A stretch of DNA of 64,000 bases from an uncultured Gemmatimonadales bacterium (lineage in GTDB: Bacteria > Gemmatimonadota > Gemmatimonadetes > Gemmatimonadales > GWC2-71-9). Position numbers and translations under genes: made by a program. Numbering within the stretch: position 1 is the stretch's first letter; each line of letters begins with the position of its first letter. This document shows, piece after piece, positions 60,013-64,000 of this stretch. The DNA lies in the NCBI GenBank assembly GCA_963844035.1, contig CAWJMT010000012.1, forward strand, positions 64,001 through 128,000, in the 5' to 3' direction. The notes beneath the pieces are model-generated. The model ran no database searches. It was not told where the DNA came from and worked only from the letters and a program-made list of their open reading frames with translations.

Positions 60013-61587
60013 ATGAGCCGCCTCAGGACCCTCACGGCCGAGTTCCGCGCGCTGAAGGCGCGCGTGGAAGGTGGCGGCGGTCCTGACAAGGTGCGGCGCC
60101 AACACGAGCAGGGAAAGCTGACGGCGCGCGAGCGGGTGGGGGGGTTGTTCGATCCCGACAGGCCATGGTTCGAAGTTGGATTGCTGGTGGCATACGATCG
60201 CTACGACGGGCAGGCGCCCGCTGCCGGCGTGGTCACGGCCCTGGGTCTCATCGGGGGCCGTCCGGTGGTGGTCGTCGCCAATGACGCGACCGTCAAAGCC
60301 GGAGCGTGGTGGCCGGAGACCATTCAGAAGATCCTTCGCACGCAGGAGATTGCGATGCGCGAACGGATCCCTATCGTATACCTCGTGGATTCCGCAGGCG
60401 TGAACCTGCCCTACCAGGATGGCGTGTTCCCCGGCCAGTACGGGGCGGCCCGTATCTTCTACTATAACTCGCTCATGCGGCGGTACCTCCGGGTACCGCA
60501 AATCGCGGCGGTCATGGGGCCCTGCATTGCGGGGGGGGCGTACCTCCCGGCGCTCTCCGACGTGATTTTCATGGTCGAGGGGACCTCATTCATGGGGCTG
60601 GGTGGTCCGAATCTTGTAAAAGGGGCTACCGGGCAGACCGTGGATGCGGAGGCGCTGGGGGGCGCGGCCACGCACACTGTGACGAGCGCCGTGGCGCATT
60701 ATCGGGCGAAGAGCGACCGTGAGTGCCTGGAGCAGCTGCGCGAATACGTCGCGCGGCTGCCGTGGACGCATGCTCCACAGCCGGCGGGGCGGGCGGCGGC
60801 GCGCGCAGTGGGCGATCTATACGACCTGCTCCCCGCGGATCACCGCATGAGCTATGACGTTAGGGCGGTGCTCGACTGCCTGCTCGATGCCGGTGGGTTG
60901 GCGGAGTTCCAGCCCGGCGTCGCGCCGGAGCTGATCTGCGGGCACGGGGCGGTCGCGGGACATCGGGTCGCCGTGATCGCGAACTCGCGCGGGGTCATCA
61001 AGGGGCGCTCTGGTGTAGCCACTAAGATCGGCGGTATCATCTACACCGAGAGCGCTGAAAAAGCAGCATATTTCATTGAGAACGCCGACCGGGAACGGCT
61101 CCCGCTGCTGTTCCTTCAGGATGTGTCGGGGTTCATGATCGGCGTCGAAGCGGAGCACTCGGGGATCATCCGGGCGGGTGCGCGTTTCGTGGAGGCGATG
61201 GCGACGGCGACGGTGCCCAAGATCGTGCTCACCGTCAATCACGCTTCAGGCGCCGGGTACTATGCGATGGCCGGGCAGGGGTTCGACCCGGACTTCATTC
61301 TCACCTGGCCGACGGGGCGAATGGGAGTGATGGAAGGAGAGTCTGCGGTGCAGGCAGTGTTTGGAGAGACGGTGGCGACGGCGGAAAGCGCCGGCGCGGC
61401 TGATGCGATGCGGGCCGACTATGAGCGGCAGCTCGATGCGAAATTCGCTGCCGCCCGCGGTTTTGTGGACGCGATCGTGACTCCCGAAGAGACCCGCGAT
61501 GTGCTGGCCCTGCTGCTCGAGACCACTCGCGGATGGGACGGACCCCACCTGGGGCCGTTCGTACTGTCCGGAAGGGGGGGCGCATGA
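60013..61587 (+). CDS. Acyl-CoA carboxylase carboxyltransferase beta subunit (MCC/PCC-like)
   Basis: GKLTARER, ANDATVKAG, DSAG, GPCIAGGAY, FLQDVSGFMIG, GAGYYAM. Confidence 0.92.
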   Translation: MSRLRTLTAEFRALKARVEGGGGPDKVRRQHEQGKLTARERVGGLFDPDRPWFEVGLLVAYDRYDGQAPAAGVVTALGLIGGRPVVVVANDATVKAGAWWPETIQKILRTQEIAMRERIPIVYLVDSAGVNLPYQDGVFPGQYGAARIFYYNSLMRRYLRVPQIAAVMGPCIAGGAYLPALSDVIFMVEGTSFMGLGGPNLVKGATGQTVDAEALGGAATHTVTSAVAHYRAKSDRECLEQLREYVARLPWTHAPQPAGRAAARAVGDLYDLLPADHRMSYDVRAVLDCLLDAGGLAEFQPGVAPELICGHGAVAGHRVAVIANSRGVIKGRSGVATKIGGIIYTESAEKAAYFIENADRERLPLLFLQDVSGFMIGVEAEHSGIIRAGARFVEAMATATVPKIVLTVNHASGAGYYAMAGQGFDPDFILTWPTGRMGVMEGESAVQAVFGETVATAESAGAADAMRADYERQLDAKFAAARGFVDAIVTPEETRDVLALLLETTRGWDGPHLGPFVLSGRGGA

Positions 61588-64000
61588 GAAGGTTGCGCTG
61601 GTGGTCGTTCGTTGCCGGGACGAGCGTGGCCTGCGGTGGTGGGGGCACGGGCCGGCAGGCCGCCCCGCCGGTTCCGCGTCCGACGGCGACGCGGTCGGCG
61701 GCGGGAGCACCGGTGATCACGACGCCGGGCCCGAACCTTCCGCGGACGTCCGAGCCTGTGTTCCCGCCCCGCGTCGCCTACGACGCGGGGTACCTGCCTG
61801 TCGCGGCCACCGGCGTAGACCAGTTCCGGCTCCGCCACCCCACGTACGACGGGCGTGGCGTGCTCATCGGGATTTTGGACTCAGGGTTGGACCCCGGCGT
61901 CGATGGCCTCCGTAAGACGAGCGACGGCACGCCGAAAGTCCTCGACGTACGAGACTTCGCGGGCGAAGGCGCCGTGGCGCTCAAGCCTGTGACTCCGCGA
62001 CTCGACGGCACGATCCGCGTGGACGATCGCACGCTCATGGGTGCCGGGCGGATCGCGCGCGTCACCGGGAGCACCCTGTGGTACTCGGGTGCGCTGCGCG
62101 AGCTCTCGATGGGCAGTCTGTCCGCCGCCGACTTGAACGGCAACGGCACCAACACCGACGCGTTTCCCGTCGTCGTCGTCAAGGCGATCGATGGCTGGGT
62201 CGCGTTTATCGATACGAACCTGGACGGCACGTTCGAGGACGAGACGCCCCTGCACGACTATCGCCAGGGGCGGGAGACGACGGCGTTGGGCGAGAAGCCG
62301 CTCACCGTCGCCGCCAACTTCGACGAGGTCAACGGCCACCCGGTGCTCGGCTTCGTCTTTGACAATTCCGGTCACGGCACGCATGTGGCAGGGATCGCCG
62401 CCGCGCACAACCTGTTCGGCGTTGCCGGCTTCGACGGCGTCGCCCCGGGAGCGCAGCTCATCGGCCTGAAGATTGCCAACAACGCCCGCGGGGGCGTGTC
62501 GGTCACGGGCAGCATGCAGCGCGCCATGGCGTACGCCGCGCGGTTTGCCGAGGCGCGCGGGCTCCCCCTCGTGTTGAACCTGAGCTTCGGCCTCGGCAAC
62601 GAGTTCGAAGGGCGTGCGGCGATCGACTCGATCATCAACGCATTCCTCATCGCGCACCCGACGGTGGTGTTCGCGATCAGCGCAGGCAACGACGGCCCGG
62701 GGCTTTCCACCGTGGGATTTCCGGCGTCAGCCGATCTGGCGCTTTCCACCGGTGCCGTGCTGCCCGGGGCGTTCGCCCGCTCGCCCTACGCGGCGGGACC
62801 GCGGGCACGCGACGTCATCGGATGGTGGAGCTCCCGCGGCGGCGAGCTTGCCAAGCCGGACATCATTGTCCCCGGCGTCGCCTTCTCGTCGGTCCCGAAG
62901 TTCGACACCGGAGGTGAGGTGAAGGGCGGCACCAGCATGGCCGCCCCCCATGCGGCGGGCCTTGCGGCATGTCTGGTGTCTGCGATGGAGCAGGAGGGCC
63001 GGAGCGTGGGTGCCGCGGAAGTGACCCAGGCGCTCCGCGTCTCCGGCCGTCGGTTCGCCGGCGCGAATGCGCTCGATCAGGGCGCGGGCGAGCCGCAGCT
63101 CGAGACGGCTTACCTCTGGCTCAGCGCCGGTCATCAGGGCTCCCAGTATCTCGTGCGCACCGCCGCCGGGACGTCGGCGGCGTTCCGGCGCGACGGGTTC
63201 GCGGGCCCCGGTGACACCCTGGAGGTGTTCCGTGTGCGTCACGTCGCTGGGCTGCGGGCTGCGGAGTTCCTGCTGCGCAGCAACGTTCGTTGGCTGTCGG
63301 TGCCCGATTCCGTCACGGCAGGTTCCGTCGAGACGGCGATCACCGTCCGATACGCCGCCGGGAGCCTCGTCGCCCCGGGCGTGTACATGGGCAGCGTGAG
63401 CGCCTGGAATCCGAGCGATACGCTCGCGGGACCCCTCTTCACGCTCGTCAACACCGTGGTCGTGCCGCACGATCTTGCCGCTCACCCCCTGGTGGACGAA
63501 GCGAGGGCGATCGGCCCCGCGAAAGTGCAGCGCTACTTCCTGCGGGTGCCGGAGGCGGGCGGGACGTTGCGGGCCACCGTCACCCTGGCCGATTCCGTGG
63601 GACAACGCGCGACCACGCGGTTGTACGAACCCAGCGGCCAGCCATTCCGGGGTGCTGACGAAACTCCCCTGGGGGTGCGGGATCCCGGCTCGGCGCAGTT
63701 CGTCGTTCGCAGCGAGGACCTCATGCCCGGGGTGTACGAGCTGGACGTGTTTTCGCCCCCGCTCGCCTTGGCCACAGCGACGGTGCGCGCGGAGCTCTCT
63801 CCCCTGACGTTCGATGTCGGAAGCGATGGTCTGGAGATCGCAAGCAGCGGCGCGATCACCGTGGCCGGACGTGCCGCGGTCGCACTGCTCGGCGCGGGGC
63901 GCGACTTCGAGGTCACCGGACGGGGTGCGCTTGCCGAGACGCTCACCGTGCGGGTGCCAGAGTGGGCGTCAATCCTGCAGATCGACGTCACCATGCCGCC
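61584..64000 (+). CDS. S8 subtilase, tripeptidyl-peptidase II-like lipoprotein; runs off the window end
   Basis: Read manually (absent from the ORF track): SVAC lipobox, YDGRGVLIGILDSG (Asp), HGTHVAG (His, 62373), SAGNDG, GTSMAAP (Ser, 62934), all in one frame. Confidence 0.88.
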   Translation, partial: MRRLRWWSFVAGTSVACGGGGTGRQAAPPVPRPTATRSAAGAPVITTPGPNLPRTSEPVFPPRVAYDAGYLPVAATGVDQFRLRHPTYDGRGVLIGILDSGLDPGVDGLRKTSDGTPKVLDVRDFAGEGAVALKPVTPRLDGTIRVDDRTLMGAGRIARVTGSTLWYSGALRELSMGSLSAADLNGNGTNTDAFPVVVVKAIDGWVAFIDTNLDGTFEDETPLHDYRQGRETTALGEKPLTVAANFDEVNGHPVLGFVFDNSGHGTHVAGIAAAHNLFGVAGFDGVAPGAQLIGLKIANNARGGVSVTGSMQRAMAYAARFAEARGLPLVLNLSFGLGNEFEGRAAIDSIINAFLIAHPTVVFAISAGNDGPGLSTVGFPASADLALSTGAVLPGAFARSPYAAGPRARDVIGWWSSRGGELAKPDIIVPGVAFSSVPKFDTGGEVKGGTSMAAPHAAGLAACLVSAMEQEGRSVGAAEVTQALRVSGRRFAGANALDQGAGEPQLETAYLWLSAGHQGSQYLVRTAAGTSAAFRRDGFAGPGDTLEVFRVRHVAGLRAAEFLLRSNVRWLSVPDSVTAGSVETAITVRYAAGSLVAPGVYMGSVSAWNPSDTLAGPLFTLVNTVVVPHDLAAHPLVDEARAIGPAKVQRYFLRVPEAGGTLRATVTLADSVGQRATTRLYEPSGQPFRGADETPLGVRDPGSAQFVVRSEDLMPGVYELDVFSPPLALATATVRAELSPLTFDVGSDGLEIASSGAITVAGRAAVALLGAGRDFEVTGRGALAETLTVRVPEWASILQIDVTMP

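Overview
High-GC bacterial chromosomal window made up mostly of core genes. Gene content and order suggest Gemmatimonadota; this is an inference, not a database match. In order: two exported proteins (one an astacin metalloprotease); mreBCD-mrdA-rodA; accD-folC; hisS-proS-lysA-guaA; a four-helix-bundle gene bracketed by inverted octamer arrays; PTS EIIA; dusB-larB-GGDEF; tmRNA followed by cupredoxin, a small membrane protein and katG; a minus-strand truA-purB-purC-psd-pssA-purS-purQ-lipoprotein-purL-purF operon; trpD, lexA, trpC, trpB, a HEAT/HD-GYP pair, trpA and a GAF chemoreceptor; folK-panBC; rlmN; aspS-phoH-pgpH-like-ybeY-two CBS genes; meaB, a split B12 acyl-CoA mutase with a baeRF-like gene between its subunits, a carboxyltransferase and a TPPII-like subtilase running off the end. 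Many core genes carry single-base frameshifts, most likely long-read indel errors. Most notable: (1) the repeat-bracketed four-helix-bundle cassette, plus unrelated 7-8 nt tandem arrays inside proS, meaB and ybeY; (2) a candidate CCGAW-N6-CCGAA LexA operator; (3) a HEAT-repeat/HD-GYP pair sharing an N-terminal domain inside the trp operon; (4) a mutase with isobutyryl-CoA-mutase-type residues. No CRISPR array, integrase, transposase or reverse transcriptase was seen.
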